A stretch of 64,000 bases of DNA from an uncultured Planctomycetota bacterium (GTDB lineage Bacteria > Planctomycetota > Planctomycetia > Isosphaerales > Isosphaeraceae), in NCBI GenBank assembly GCA_963845755.1, contig CAWJTV010000005.1, positions 416,001 through 480,000 of the forward strand. The letters run 5' to 3'. Below the pieces are notes generated by a model. The model did no database searches, was not told the DNA's origin, and saw nothing but the letters and a program-made list of their open reading frames with translations. Numbering within the stretch: the first letter of the stretch is position 1; each line of letters begins with the position of its first letter. Shown here in pieces: positions 42,067-57,000 of this stretch. The position numbers and the translations under genes were made by a program.

Positions 42067-45000
42067 ATGAGCCGCACCGGATCGGATCGTCCTCACATCT
42101 TGCGAAGACGTTTGCGACGGCGCTGCCGGGCGCGGTTGGAGTGGCTGGAGGAGCGGTTGTTGCTCTCTACGGTCGACTGGACCAACCCGGCGGGCGGCGA
42201 TTGGGACGTCCCGGCGAACTGGAGTACGGGCAAGGTCCCCGGCGCCTCCGACGATGTCGTCATCGATATCCCCAGGATCACGATCACGCATTCGAGTTCC
42301 GCGTCCGACGCCATCGATAGCCTGACGAGCCAGGATGCTCTCGCGATCACCGCGGGGTCACTGTCCCTCGCGAGCACATCGGTGATCCAGAATGATCTGC
42401 ACCTCCAGGGAGGCACCCTGACCGGCAGCGGTTCGATCACCGTCACGGGCCTGCTGACCTGGGCCGGCGGGACGCTCGGTGGTACGGGCACGGCCACGGC
42501 GCAGGGGGGCCTGACCCTCGGCGGGGGGGCTCACGTCCTCGACGGCCGCACGCTGATCAACCCGGGCGCCGCCACCTGGACGGCCGGGACGCTGTACCTC
42601 TCCGACGGCGCCGTGCTGGAGAATACCGGGACGCTCGACGACCAGGCCGGGGCCTCCCTCACCTCCTACCTCGGCGAATCGCCGTCGTTCCAGAACGCCG
42701 GCACCTTCCGGGTCGAGGCTACTGGTACGACATCGCTGATCCTGCCCGTCACCAATACGGGCACGATCGACGTTGGGGGCGGCGTGCTGGCCCTCTCCGG
42801 CGGCGGGGAGCTGGGCGGGACCGTCGCGGGCGCCGCCGGTACCGAGTTCCGGTTCGACTCCGGCTACTTCCTCGTGCCGGCCGGCGCCGTCCTGTCGGTC
42901 CCCACCGTGAACTTCGCCGGCGCCAGCGTCAGTGTGCAGGGGACGGATGCCGCCGCGTCCACGGTTGTCGGCAACGGGACGGTCAGCTTCGGCTCCGCCG
43001 CGACCCTCGACAGCCTGAAGGTCGCGGGCGGAACCCTGCAGACCGGCGACCTGACGGTGACCGGGATGCTGACCTGGACGGGCGGGACGATGGTGGGAGC
43101 GGGGACAACGACGGCGCAGGGGGGCCTGGCACTGGGCGGGGGCAGCCATGTCCTCGACGGCCGCACGCTGATCAACCCGGGCGCCGCCACCTGGACGGCC
43201 GGGACGCTGTACCTCTCCGACGGCGCCGTGCTGGAGAATACCGGGACGCTCGACGACCAGGCCGGGGCCGACATGGTCGCGTACCTCGGCGCGGCGCCCT
43301 CGTTGGTCAACTCCGGCCTCTTCCAGGTGGAGGCCGGCAGCGGCACCTACCTCAGCCTGCCCGTGACCAACACCGGCACGATCGACCTCGTCACGGGGCG
43401 CTCGCGGCTCGAGGACGGGCTGTCGAACCTCGCCGCGGACACATTGACGGGCGGCACCTACCAGATCGCCGGGAGGCTGCTCCTCCCTGAGGCCGACATC
43501 CGCACCAACGCGGCCGACATCATCCTCGACGGATCGGACGCGGGGATTCTCGATACATCGACAAACGGCAATGCCCTGACCTTGCTGGCCGTCAATGCCT
43601 CCGGGGCCGACCTGACGCTCCAGGACGGTCAGCACCTGGCCACGAGCAGCGCGCTCGCCAATGCCGGCGCGCTGGCGATCGATCCCGTCAGCAGCCTGAC
43701 GGTCGGCGGCGCCTACACCCAATCGGCCGGGGCGTCACTCAGCCTGGGCCTCGGCGGCACGACGCCCGGCCAGGGCTTCGGCCAGCTCACGGCGACGGGC
43801 CTGGTCACCCTCGACGGCACGCTCGACATCAACCCGGTTGCCGGCTACTTCCCCGGCGACGGCGATGAATTCGCGGTCGTGACGGGCCAGGCGCTGGCGG
43901 GCACATTCGCCACGATCGACGGCTTGCAATTGTCGACGACTCTCCAGCTGGTCCCGACCTATGGCTCGTCCAGCCTCGTGCTGGTCGCGCAGGGCGTGGC
44001 AGTCAACCATTCGCCGGTGGCCGTCGATGTCACGTCCACGACCCTGGCCAACGAGCCGGTGACCATCGCCGTCCTGGCCAACGACTCGGACCCGGACGGC
44101 GACCCTCTCTCCGTCCAGAGCGTGTCAACTTCGGGGACGGCCGGCATCGTGGCGATCAACGCCGCCCGGCAGACGGTCACCTACACGCCGGCCTCCGGCT
44201 TCGCGGGCACCGATACGTTCCGCTACACCGTCACCGACGGCCGCGGCGGCAGCGCCTCGGCCACTGTCACCGTCACCGTCCAGGCAGCCCAGCTCCAGGT
44301 GACGACATTCACCGTGCCGGCGGCCCTGCTCGTCGCCGATCCGGCCCAGGTCCCGATCACCTGGACGGTCACCAACTCGGGGGCCGCTGCCACCATCGCC
44401 GCGACGTGGACCGACCAGCTCATCCTCAGCACGAATGCCACGCTGGGAGACGCCGACGACATGGTCGTCGGCCAGTTCACCCACAGCGGGGCCCTGGGTC
44501 CGGCCGGCAGCTCGACCGACAGTTATACGGCCACGCAGACCGTCACGCTCCCGGCCCACCTGAGCGGCTCGTTCAACCTGTTCGTCGTGGTCGACGCGAC
44601 GCACGCCGTGACCGACGAGGCCGGCACGAGCACGATCGGCGCGGGGCCGGCGCCCATCACGGTCACGGCGCCGTATGCCGGCCTGACGGTCGAGGCCGTA
44701 GGCGCGCCGGCCACCGCGGGCAGCGGCGATCCCATCATCGTGAGCTGGCGGGTGCGCAACGACGGGGTGGCCGCCACGGTCGCCGGGAGCTGGACCGACC
44801 GCGTGCTGCTCTCGGCCAGCACGAACCTCGACGCCACGGCGGTCGAGCTGGCTGACGTCCTTCATCAGGGGGACTTGACCAGCGGCGGCGCGGGCGATAG
44901 CTACACGGCCCAGGCGACCGTGACCCTCCCCAGCGGGATCGCCGGGACCTATTACCTCTTCGTGGTCGCCGACGCGAACGACCAGGTCTACGAGTACAAC

Positions 45001-48000
45001 CTGCGGGCCAGCAGCACCGGGCGCACCCTGACGCCCTTGACCATCCAGGTCAAGCCGGCGCCCGACCTGACGGTCACGAGCGTATCCGGTCCATCGGCCG
45101 GCCAGACGGGCCAGGCGATCGCGGTCCAGTGGACCGAGTCCAACCCCGCCTCGGTCGCCGCGCCGGGGCCCTGGAATGATGGAGTCTACCTCTCCACCAC
45201 TGGCACGCTCAACGGCGCGACGCTGCTGGAGACCGTGCCGCATGCCGGCAGCCTCGCGGTGGGGGCCATCGAGACCGATTCGGCCACGGTGACGCTCCCG
45301 ACCCTCCCCGACGGCGCCTATCGCCTGGTGGTCGCCGCCGATGCCGGCGACGTGGTCTACCAGGTCCACCCGGCCGACAAGGTCGGCGTCGCCGCCGGGA
45401 CCTTGCAGCTCGGCCATCCGGCGCTGAGCGCCAGCGTCGTGACGTCGCCGTCAACGGCCACGTCCGGGGACGTCGTACCGATTGCCTGGTCGGTGACGGA
45501 CTCCGGCACCGCCGCCGCCCTGGGGACCTGGACCGACCGCGTCTACCTCTCGACCAGGAACACGCTCGACGCCGGCGCCCGCTTGGTGGCCACGGTCCCG
45601 GAGAGCGGGCCCCTGGCCGCCGGCTCGTCATACATGGCCCAGGCCTCGCTGACGCTGCCGATCGACTCCTCGGGATCGCTCTACTTGCTGGTCCGCGCCG
45701 ACGCCGCCGACCTTGTCGGCCCGGCCGCCCCTGGCAAGCTCGCCGCGGCACCCGTTCAGGTCCAGATCGCCCCCTACGCCGTCCTGGTCACTTCGGCCGT
45801 CACGGCGGGCCCGTCGCCGGCCATCGGCGACCCGGCGAGCCTCACGGTCGGCTGGACCGTGACCAACCACGGGACCGGCGCGGGCACGGCCACCCAGTGG
45901 ACCGACGAAATCATCGCGTCGAAGGACGACACCCTTGGCGACGCCGACGACGTGGTGCTGGCCAGTTACCCGCACATCGGTGCGCTGCCCATCGGCGGGA
46001 GTTACTCGCAGAGCCGGACCATCCTTCTGCCGCCGGCCTTCGAGGGCCGTTACCACATCTTCGTCGAGGCCGACGGCGGCAACCAGGTCTTCGAGAACGG
46101 GCAGCGGGCGAACAAAGCCGCCGAGGCCCCGAACCCCGTCGACGTCATGCCGATCCCCTACGCCGACCTGGTCGTCTCCCAGCTCGCCGTGCCCTCGGCC
46201 GACCTGACCGGCCAGTCGCTGCACGTCGCCTGGCAGGTGACCAACCAGGGGATCGGCCCGACCAATGTGAACTCCTGGTCGGACGCGGTCTCCTTGGCCA
46301 GCGACGCCGCCGGGCAAGACATCGTCGCCCCGCTCGGCGAGTTCGAATACACCGGTGGGCTGGACAAAGGGGGAACTTACGGGGCCTCTCTCGATGCGTC
46401 GCTGCCCAACCTCGCCGCCGGCACGTATTACGTCGTCGTCCAGACCAACGCGGTTGGCGGGGGCCCGTTCGAATTCCTCTATGGCACGAACAACACGCGC
46501 GTCTCCGGCCCGGTCGTGGTGACGGTCGCCCCGGCCCCCGAGCTGGTGCCGGGCCCCGTCACTCTGCCGACCCTCCCGGTCCTCTCGGGCAGCCGGGTCA
46601 ATCTCTCCTGGACCGTCCGCAACGGCGGATCGGCGGCCGCGCCCGGCGGGTGGGACGACGTGGTCGCCCTGACCCAGGATGGCGGCAGCAAGGTCATCCC
46701 GGTCGGCACGTTCCATGACACCGACCCCCTGCCGGCCAATCAGGCGTACACGCGCACCGTGTCCTTCGCCCTTCCGCACGACATCCAGGGCATCTATCAA
46801 CTGACCGTGACGACCGGGCTGCACGCCTCGTTCGTGGAGCAAGGCCCGTCCGGCCACGACACGTACGTCAGCCCGAACACGATGGAGATCGACCTCGAGC
46901 CCCATTCCAACCTGGAGGTCACGAAGGTGATCGCTCCCACCACGGTCGCGGCCGGCGGCACCGTGGCGGTCGATTTCACCGTCGTCAACTTCGGCTCGGT
47001 GGCGACGGCCGCGTCCCACTGGACGGACGCCGTCTACCTATCTCTGACCGACACGGTCAGCGCCACCTCGGTCAAGCTGGGCGAGTACGCCAACCAGTCG
47101 GCGCTCGGTCCGGCCGGCTCGCCGGACGACAGCTATCACACCACGACCGGCCCGCTGACCATCCCCCTCACCTTCGGCGGGCCGGCTTACCTGATCGTCC
47201 AGGCCAACGCGGACCGGGCCGAGGACACGTTCCCCAACGACAGCGACAACATGTATGCCCTGCCGATCACCGTGACGCCGATCGCGCCGGCCGACCTGGT
47301 GACCGGCCAGGTCGCCGCCGCCGACCAGGCCTTCGCCGGCACGACCATCTCCGTGCAGTACACCGTCACCAACCTGGGCCTGGGCCCGACGGATATCTCC
47401 ATCTGGACCGATACGATCTGGCTGGCCCACGGCAAGGACCGGCCCGACCCGCGCAACCCGCGCGACGACATCCTGCTGGGCACGTTCATCCACCAAGGTG
47501 GGCTCGCCATCGGCGACAGCTACACCGAGAAGGTGCAGGTCACCCTGCCGTCGGGGGTCCCCTCGGGCCAGTACGACATCACGGCCTGGACCGACACCGA
47601 CCAGAACGTGGTGAAGCAGACCCGCAACGAGAACATCAACCCGGACGCCCCGACCGACATCGACGGCGACAACTTCAAGGCTCGGCCGATCACCGTGCTG
47701 GGGGGCGCCGGCTCGCCCGACCTCGCCGTGACCTCGGTCCAGCCCGACGCGCAGGCTGCGGCCGGCAACCCGATCCACGTGTCATGGACGGTGCAAAACA
47801 TCGGCTTCGGCGCGACGACCGCGCCGTGGACGGACCAGGTCTACCTCTCGAGTGCCCCCGTGCTCGGCACGCCCGGCGATCGGGAGATCCTCCTCGGCAA
47901 TGTCACCCAATCCGGTCCACTCGACTCGGGCGACAGCTATACGGAGTCCCAGACCTTCGCCACCAGCCCCGACGCGGCCGGGTTGTACGTGATCGTGAAG

Positions 48001-51000
48001 GCCAACGCGCCCAACCAGACCGACCCGATCCACGACTCCCTGGCCGCGCCGACCGACGTGACCAATGCCCCGTCGAACCTGCGGGTCAACTCGGTGCAGA
48101 CGCAGCCGACCAGCTTTTCCGGCGAGGCGATCACAGTGACCTGGAACGTGACCAACGCCGGGGCCGCGATCTGGTCCGGCACCGGCTACTGGAGGGATTA
48201 CGTCTTCCTCTCGAACGACCCGACCTTCCTGCCCGCGCGGGCGACCTTGCTCGGCACGGTGCTCCACAACAACGCGACGCCGCTCGGAGCCGGCCAGAGC
48301 TGCACCGAGAGCATGACGGCCGACCTCCCCGCCGGTATCGACGGGACCAAGTACATCTACGTCGTCCTCAACCGCAACCTCGCCGACCCTTACGACCCCC
48401 TCAGCCTCGACTACACCACCCACGTCTTCCAGGGCCCGAACGATGACCCGATGCAGCACGTCGGCTCGACGACGATCGGCGTCATCTACCGCGAGGCCGA
48501 CCTGGTGCCGTCGGGCCTGACCGCCAGCACCGCGGACCCCCACGCCGGAGACACGATTGCAGTCAACTGGTCGGTGACCAACCAGGGTACGCGCGACACC
48601 CGCACGAACTCCTGGGCCGACGGCATCTACCTCTCGAGCTCCCCATCCCTGAGCCTGAACAGCCCCCTGCTCGGCAAGGTGGCGCACACGGGCGTCCTGG
48701 CCGTGGGCGCCTCCTATCCGGGCAGCCTGAGCGTGCAGCTCCCCCAGGGAATCCAGGGCGATTTCTACCTGGTCCTCTTCACCGACAACCCGGGGACCCT
48801 GTCCTTGCCGGGCTCGGACCGTGTCAAGGAATACCGCGGCGAGGACAACAACCTCATCGCCATCCCGCTGCACGTGCAGCCGGCGCCCTGGCCGACCTGG
48901 AGGTCACCTCGGTCACCCCGCAGGTGCCGCACGTCACCGCGGGCCAGCCGTTTAAAGTGACCTGGACCGTGACCAACCAGGGCGGCGCCGATGCCACGGG
49001 GAGCTGGTATGAAGACATCTACCTGGCGAGCGACCGGCTCCTCGACCCGCAGCACGATCTCTACATGGACCGGGTGACCTATACCGGCGGCCTCAAGGCC
49101 GGGGCCAGCTACGCGGAGACGGCGACGATCACGGCACCGAGCAACGTCAACGGGCCTTACTACATCCTCGTCCAGACGGGTCCCAGCCTGGTGCCCAACC
49201 CGCCCCAGATCCTCGCGACGCTGGCGACGGTCCGCCACAGCGGGGCGAGCGTTCAGCCGGTGCTCATCGACCAGCCGCCGCCCAGCGACTTGCAAGTGGC
49301 TTCGGTCGAGATCCTGCAATCCTCCGGCCGGGCGAACGGGACGGTCACCATCCAGTGGACGGTCACCAACGACAGCGCCAACCCCGCGCAGGGAATCTGG
49401 AGCGACGCCGTCTACCTCTCGCAGAACACCTCCTGGGACTTGACCGCCATCCCGCTGGGCCACCCGCAGCACCCCGGCTCCGACCCGGCTTACGTTCTTG
49501 CGGGCGGCCAGTCGTATACCACCTCGCTGACCACGACCATCCCGCCGCTGGCGCCGGGGGACTACCGGGCCATCGTCCGCACTGACGTCTACGACGAGGT
49601 TCCCGAGGCGACCGACGAGAACAAATCCGTCGCCTCGCTCGGCACCTTCCAGATCAACGTGGACCAGCTCAGCCTGGGCGTGCCCCAGCCGGTCGACCTC
49701 GGCACGGATCAAGACCAGCTCTTCCAGGTGACCGTGGCGGCTGGCCAGACGATGAGCGTCAGCCTGAGCGGCCTGGACGACAGCGGCACGCAGGAGGTGC
49801 TGATCCGGAGCGGGGGCGTCCCCAGCGACCTGGGCTACGACGCGATCTCCCAGCCGGGCACGCAGGGGAGCGTCGCCGCGCTCGTCCCCACAACGGTCGC
49901 CGGCACCTACTACATCCTCGTCCGCGGCACGACCACCAACGTCAGCGCGCAGCCCGAGCTCCTGGCCCGGGTGCTCCCCTTCGAGATTACCAACGTGACC
50001 AGCGACGCCGGCGGCGACGGCAAGTACGTCACGACTACCATCAGCGGCGCCCAGTTCCAGCCGGGCGCCCTCGTGAAGCTGATCCGGCCGGGCTTCGCCG
50101 AATACCAGCCGGTGAATTATCAGGTCGTCAACGGCACGGAGATCATCGCCGCGTTCGACCTGACCGGCGCCCCGCACGGGCTCTACGACGTCGCGGTGAT
50201 CAACCCCGACGGCGCCGAGGCGATCGTCCCCTACCGCTACCTGGTCGAGCAAGCCATCGCGCCCGATGTGACCGTCGCCCTGGGCGGGCCTCGGGTCATC
50301 ACGGCCGGCTCGACCGTCCAGTACGGCGTCACGGTCAGCAGCGTCACCAACCTCGACACGCCCTATGTCTACTTCCAGTTCGGCATCCCGGCGCTGGGCA
50401 CCAACTCGGACGCCTTCAACTTCAGCTATGCCGATTTCGCGTCGAATCTCGGGGGCCAGCCGCCGGCGGCCGGCACCCCCGGCTCGACGCTGGCGGACGT
50501 CCCCTGGGCCAGCCTCGATTCGACTCTCGACACCAGCGGCGACGATCTGGCCCCCGGCTATGTCTTCGACCTGGAGACCGGCGGCACCGCCTCGCAGACC
50601 TTCAGCGCCGCGGTCTACCCCGGTCTGCTGGCCCTGGAGGCCGCCGGCTCCGTCGCCGCCCAGTCCGGCCCCCAGGCCGCGTTCGACCAGCTCGCCGAGG
50701 AGCTCAATAATGCCTATCCGAATGTCAATATCACCAAGGAGAGCGACCTCGACACGTACTTCCCTGGCCTCGACGCCGCCTTCCAGACGGCCCTCCAGCC
50801 GGACGGCAACCCGCTGGATGGCCTCGATCCCGATCAGGTGGCCTTCAAGTTCCAGGTCGTCGTCTCGGCGACGGTCCTGACCCGCGACGAGTTTATCCAG
50901 ATGCAGACCGCCGACGCGCTGCAACTGCGCACGGCGGTGCTGGCCGACCCGACGGCGTCGCCGGCCCTGGTGCAGCTCGCGGCCGACAGCGACACCTGGG

Positions 51001-54000
51001 TCCAGGGCTACCTGGCGGCCCTGGAGCAAGCGGGGCTGCTGCCGCCCGACGGCCAGGCGCCGCCGATCAACGAGGATCCCAAGGTCGTCAGCCTGGCGGC
51101 CGTCCTGGCCACCGGCGTGCTCGCCGGCCCGGCGGGCGACACGATCATCACCGACGGCAACCTCGTCGATTTCTTCAACCAGGTGCGCCAGTGGTATGGC
51201 GACAATCCGAACGATCTCGGTAGTCCCGAGTTCGACCCCAGCCAGTTCAACCTGGGCCTCTCGCACTCGACCCACACCGAGACCTTCGACGCCTTCGTGC
51301 CGTTCGCCAACGACCAGGGCGCGGCCAACCCCGACATCCCGCCCGGCGTGCAGTTGCCGCCCGATTTCAGCCGCTTCTTCCAGCCGTCGGGCACGGTCAG
51401 CCAACTGGCGACCCTCAACGGCCCGACCGGCTACGGCGCGCAGCAGTTCCTACCCGCCGGCCAGCCGTTGCCCTACACGATCTCGTTCGCGAACGACCCG
51501 CATGCGACGACGACGGTCGGCCAGGTGCAGGTCGTCACCCAGGTCGATCCCAACCTCGACCTGCGCACCTTCCAACTGGGCGACATCCAGCTCGGCGACA
51601 TTCAGATCCACATCCCGGCCGGCCGCACCAGCTTCCAGGGCGACTTCGATTTCACCCAGAGCCGGGGCTTCATCCTCCGCGTCAGCGCCGGCCTGGATGA
51701 GACCACCAGGACGGTGAGCTGGCTGTTCCAGGCGATCGACCCCAACACGGGCGAGGTCATCCAGGAATCGACCAGGGGGCTGCTGTCCCCGGATAATGCC
51801 CAGGGTGCCGGCAGTGGGTTCGTCAGCTTCGAGGTCGAGCCGCAAAGCGGCCTGGCCACCGGCACGACGATCTCGGCCCAGGGTCACGTGCAGTTCAACA
51901 CATCGGCCCCGATGGACACGGCCCTGCTCACCCAGGTCCTCGACGCCACGCCTCCGACGACCACCCTCACGGCGACCCCGCTCGCGCCGGGGAGCCCGAA
52001 TTACCAGGTCCAGTGGACGGCCGAGGACGATCCAGACGGCTCCGGGGTCCAGGACGTGACGGTTTACGTCGCGGAGGACGGCGGCGATTACCAGGCCTGG
52101 CTGGACCAGACGACCGAGACCTCGGCGGTCTACCAGGGTCAGCCCGGCCACACCTACCAGTTCCTGGCCCTGGCGCGCGACAACGCCGGCAACCAGGAGC
52201 AGCCGCCGCCCGATGTGCTGGGCGCGTTGATCCAGTCGAGTGCCAACCTCGGGTCGCTGCCCACCGTGCCCCAAAGCACGGCCCCCGACCTGCCCCCGCC
52301 CCCGCCGCCGTCGACCCAGCCGTCGAGCAACCCGCTGTTCCTCGAGGCCGGCAAGGACGTGCCCAGCACGCCCTCGCCGTCGCGGCCGTCCGAGTTCACC
52401 ACGGTCCTCCAGCCCTTCGAGGCCGAGTCGTTCGCCACCGGCATCACGCCCAGCGAGGCTGGCATCGGGCCGATGGCCCTGGTGGCCCTGCCGGATGGCT
52501 CCATCCTGGCCAGCGGCGGCCCGACCCGCGGTAAGCTCTGGCATTTCGACATCGAGGGCGGGGCCGCCGGCATGCCGCTGGCCGAGCTGTCCAAGCCCAT
52601 CTTCGACATGGCGCTCGACCCGGCCGGCAACCTCTGGGCGACCACCGGCGGCGGCCCGCTCGTCCAGCTCGACCCGGCGACCGGCCAGGTCATCAATGCC
52701 TTCAGCGACGGCCTGACCCAGTCCCTGGCCATCCAGCCCGGCACCGGGTTGATCTACGTCTCCTCCGGCAAGGGCATCGAGTTCTTCGACCCCAAGGCCG
52801 ATGCTTTCCAGCACTTCAGTGACGTGCGCGTCAACAGCCTGGCCTTCGCCCCGGACGGCTCCCTCTGGGCGACCACCTGGCCCGATCGCGGCGACGTGAT
52901 CCGGTTCGACCTGACGAAGTATCAACCCGGCAAGAACCCGCAGGTCATGCTCCAGTTCGACGACGACGTCGATTCGATCGCGTTCGGGCAGGACGGGACC
53001 AGCCTCGCCGGTCTGCTCTTCATCACCCACAACGAGGATGCCGCCAGCCGGGCGGCCGGCGGCCAGCCGCCGCTGGACAGCGAGCTGACCCTGGTCGACC
53101 TGGCCACGATGCAATCGGTCGCCGTGGCGACCGGCGGCACGCGAGGCGGGAGCATCCTCACCACGGCCGACGGCCGCGTCTTGATCTGCCAGTCGAGCCA
53201 GGTCAACGTGCTCAGCCCGATCGTGCCCCCGCGCGTCGCGGCGACGAACCCGCCCTCGACCGCCGTGGCAGCCCTGCCCCTCCAGGGGATCAGCATCACG
53301 TTTAACCGCGACATGCTCGACACCGACGCCAGCGACCCGCACTCGGTGCTCAACCCGGCCAACTACCAGTTGACCGGCGATGACACCGGGCCGGTACCGA
53401 TCCTCGGCGTCACCTACGACGCCGACAGCCGCACCGCCGTGTTGACCGTCAACGCGATGGCGCCGGACCACTACACGCTCCAGGTCCTCACCGGCGTGCA
53501 GAGCAGCGACGGCCTCGACCTCGCCGCGACGTATTCCACCCAGTTCACCGCCGTCGGCGACATCTCGGCCTTGACTACCTATCAGTTCAGCGACTCGCGG
53601 TCGGACCTCGGCAATCAGACGGTGTCCTACGACGTCGCCGTGACCAACATCACAGCCCGGCCGCTACTGCTGCCCCTGGTCCTCGAGCTCGACCCGGTGC
53701 AGCACTATGCCGGCGTGCCCCAGGGCAACCTGGGCGTTTCAGACACCGGCGCCTGGCTGATCGACCTGAGCCAGAGCCTGCCCGGCGGCGTGCTGGCCCC
53801 GGGGCAATCGACGGCCGGGCAGACGATCACCATCCAGGACTACGACGCGCCTCGCGTGAGCTACGGATACCGCGTGTCGGCCGTGCCGCAGCCCCTGGCC
53901 GCGCCGATCCTCGACAGTTCCTCGCCGCAAGTCGCCGTCGCCGGCCAGCCGTACCGGTACGCCGTCGCCGCCGAGGACCCGGCCGGGCAGGCGCTCAGCT

Positions 54001-57000
54001 ATCTGCTCGCGATGGCCCCGCCGGGGATGACGATCAACCCTTCAACCGGTCTCATCTCCTGGCTGCCCGGCGCGGGCAGCCCGGCCCGGGCGCAGGTGGT
54101 ACTCCAGGTCTACAACGCCCCGGGCCGCCCACGTCACGCAGGCGTTCACCATCCAGGTCGCCGGCGTGGACCTGCCGCCGGCCTTCGACGTCCTGCCCCA
54201 GCAGGTCGAGGGCCAGGAAGGCCAGCCCTTGACGGTGGCCGTCCACGCCAACGACCCCGAGGGCGACCGGCTCGTCTACTGGGCCGACGGTCTCCCCGGC
54301 GGGGCGATCTTCGACCCCGACCGGCAGACCCTGACCTGGACGCCCGACTTCCACGCGGCCGGCACGTATACGATCACCTTCACGGTCAGCGACGGCCTGC
54401 ACCAGGTGAGTGGCCGGACCACCTTGCTGATCGCCCGCGGGAACGCGCCGCCGACGCTGGTCCGGCCCGCCGACGTCACGGTCGGCCAGGGCGACCCGGT
54501 GCGGATCCCGCTCCAGGCCAGCACGCACCGACGGCGACACACTCACTTTCTCCAGCCCGAACCTGCCCGAGGGTGCGTTCTTGAACCCGGCGACCGGCCT
54601 GTTCACCTGGACGCCGGGCTTCGCCCAGCAGGGGACGTTCGCCGTGCCGATCGCCGTCAACGACGGCACGACCACGGTGTCGCAGACGATGGACATCACC
54701 GTGCTCCACGTCGACGCGCCCCCGGAGTTCGCCCAGCTCGGCACGGTCCAGGTCGAGGAGGGCCAGGCGGTGCGCTTCAGCACGTTTGCCTTCGACCCGC
54801 ACAACCCCGGCTTCATCCCCCAGGAGCGCGAGAGCGACGGCTCGCTGACCCCGCTCGAGGGGGGCGCCCCACCGTCAGCTACAGCGCCACCGGCGTGCCC
54901 TCGTGGGCGACGTTCGACACGACCACCGCGGAGCTGAGTGGCACGCCCCCGCTCGGCTCCGCCGGCACGTATCACCTGACGGTCACGGCCTCGATCGCGG
55001 ACGGCTCGCATTCGTCGGCGACGCTCACGGTGCCGATCATTGTCCGCCACCACGATGCTACGCCGCAGCTGACGGGCATCGCCAACCAGACGCTCGAACC
55101 GGGTCAGGTCGTGGACGTGCCGGTCCAGGCCTCGGTCAACAGCACCGATCGGCTGGTCCTCACCGCGGCCGGCCTCAACGGCTACCTGCTGCCGGCTTTC
55201 GCCAGCCTCACCGACAACCACGATGGGACCGGTCGGATCCACCTGGCGCCGGGTGCCGGCGACGGCGGCGACTACATCATCACCGTCACGGCAACGGCCC
55301 AGGCCGGCCCGGGCGTGGCCGAAGCGGCCCTGACGGCCACCACCGAGTTCGTGGTGACCGTCAACATGAACGGCCCGTCGCCGCCGCCGTCCGCCAATCC
55401 GAACCAGACGCCCCCGGTACTCCTGCCCGTGGGCGACCAGACCGTGGCCGTCGGGCAGCCGTTCACGCTCCGGCTCTCGGCGGTGGCCCCGGACGGCGAC
55501 GCGATCGCCTATCGCGCGACCAACCTGCCGCCGAACGCCACGCTCGACCCTGGGACGGGCCTGTTGCGGTTCACGCCCGACCTGACGATGAGCGGGACCA
55601 CGTTCACGGGCATCGTGCTGACGGCCAGCGACGGGAGCCTGACCAGCTCGGAGACGATCCAGATCACGGTCCCGGCCGCCGAGCTGCCGCCGGTCTTCGT
55701 CCACGTGGCGCCGCAGACCGAGAGCGAGGGAACCCCACTCCAGTTCACGCTCACGGCCGCCGACCCCCAGGGAAACTCGCTCGCGTTCAGCCCGGCCGCT
55801 CCCCTGCCGGCGGGCGCCGACGTCGATCCATTCTCCGGCCTGGTCCAGTGGACGCCCGCCTATGGCCAGGCGGGCGACTACGTCCTGCACTTCAAGGTGC
55901 AGGACCCCAACGGACTCAGCGACACCACCGACGTCACGGTCCACATCGACAAGGTCAACCGGCCGCCGAGCTTGCAAGTGACCAACCACTCGGCCGCCAT
56001 CGGCAAGTTGCTGGCCTTCACGCTCCAGGGCGTCAACCCCGACGCCGGCACGACCTTGACCTATTCCGGCCAGGACCTGCCTGCTGGCATGACGCTCGCC
56101 CCCAGCACCGGCGCGGTCGGCGCTGGACACCCGGCCCCGGCCAGCAGGGCGATTACCTCATCCCTTTCTCGGTCAGCGACGGCGAGCTGGTCACGAGCGA
56201 GACCGTCCTGATCCGTGAGGCCCTGTCGCCGGCACCCCCCACCGTGGTCATCACGCTGACGCCCAGCTTCCCGGCCGTACCCGGCCAGCGCGTGCAGATC
56301 CACGCGGCCGCGCAGAGCCTGGCCGACATCACGATGCTCCAGCTCACCGTCGGCGGTCAGACGATCACCCTGGACGCCCAGGGCCAGGCCAGCCTCGTCG
56401 CGGGCGCACCGGGCCGGACCGAGCTCGACGCCACGGCCACCGACGCCGACGGCCTGGTCGGCCATGCCAGCATCATTCTGAAGGTGCGCGACCCCAACGA
56501 CACAACGCCCCCGGCCGTCTCGTTCGACCCGCTGCTCGACGGCACCACGATGACCGCGGCCACGGCGATCGTTGGCACGGTCCAGGACAGCAACCTCGAT
56601 TCCTGGGTACTCGCGGAGGCCCCGATCGGCTCCAGCTCGTTCGTGCCGATCGCCAGCGGCAACAGCCCGGTCAGCTCATCCGCAATGGTCGTCCTCGACG
56701 CGGCCACGATGGTCAACGGCTTCTACCGCCTGCGTCTCTCGGCGACCGACATCGCCGGCCGGACCAGCACGGCTGAGGTCGTGGTCGAGGCCGACACATC
56801 CACCAAGTCCGACGAGTACCAGCGGGCGGAGACCGACCTGGTCGTGCAGCTCGGCGGCGCAGACCATCGACCTGGTCCGCGCCTACGACTCGCTCGACAG
56901 CGGCCAGTCCGGTTCCTTCGGCTATGGCTGGCGGCTGGCCAACCGCGACATGCAGCTCCAGACCGACGTGCCGCCGACCGGCAGCGAGGCCCTGGGGATC

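Noticed and set aside
42535..43269. 120-bp repeat as a diversity-generating retroelement template/variable pair
   Set aside because: The copies are identical with no adenine-specific mismatches, both are coding and in frame, and no reverse transcriptase is in the window
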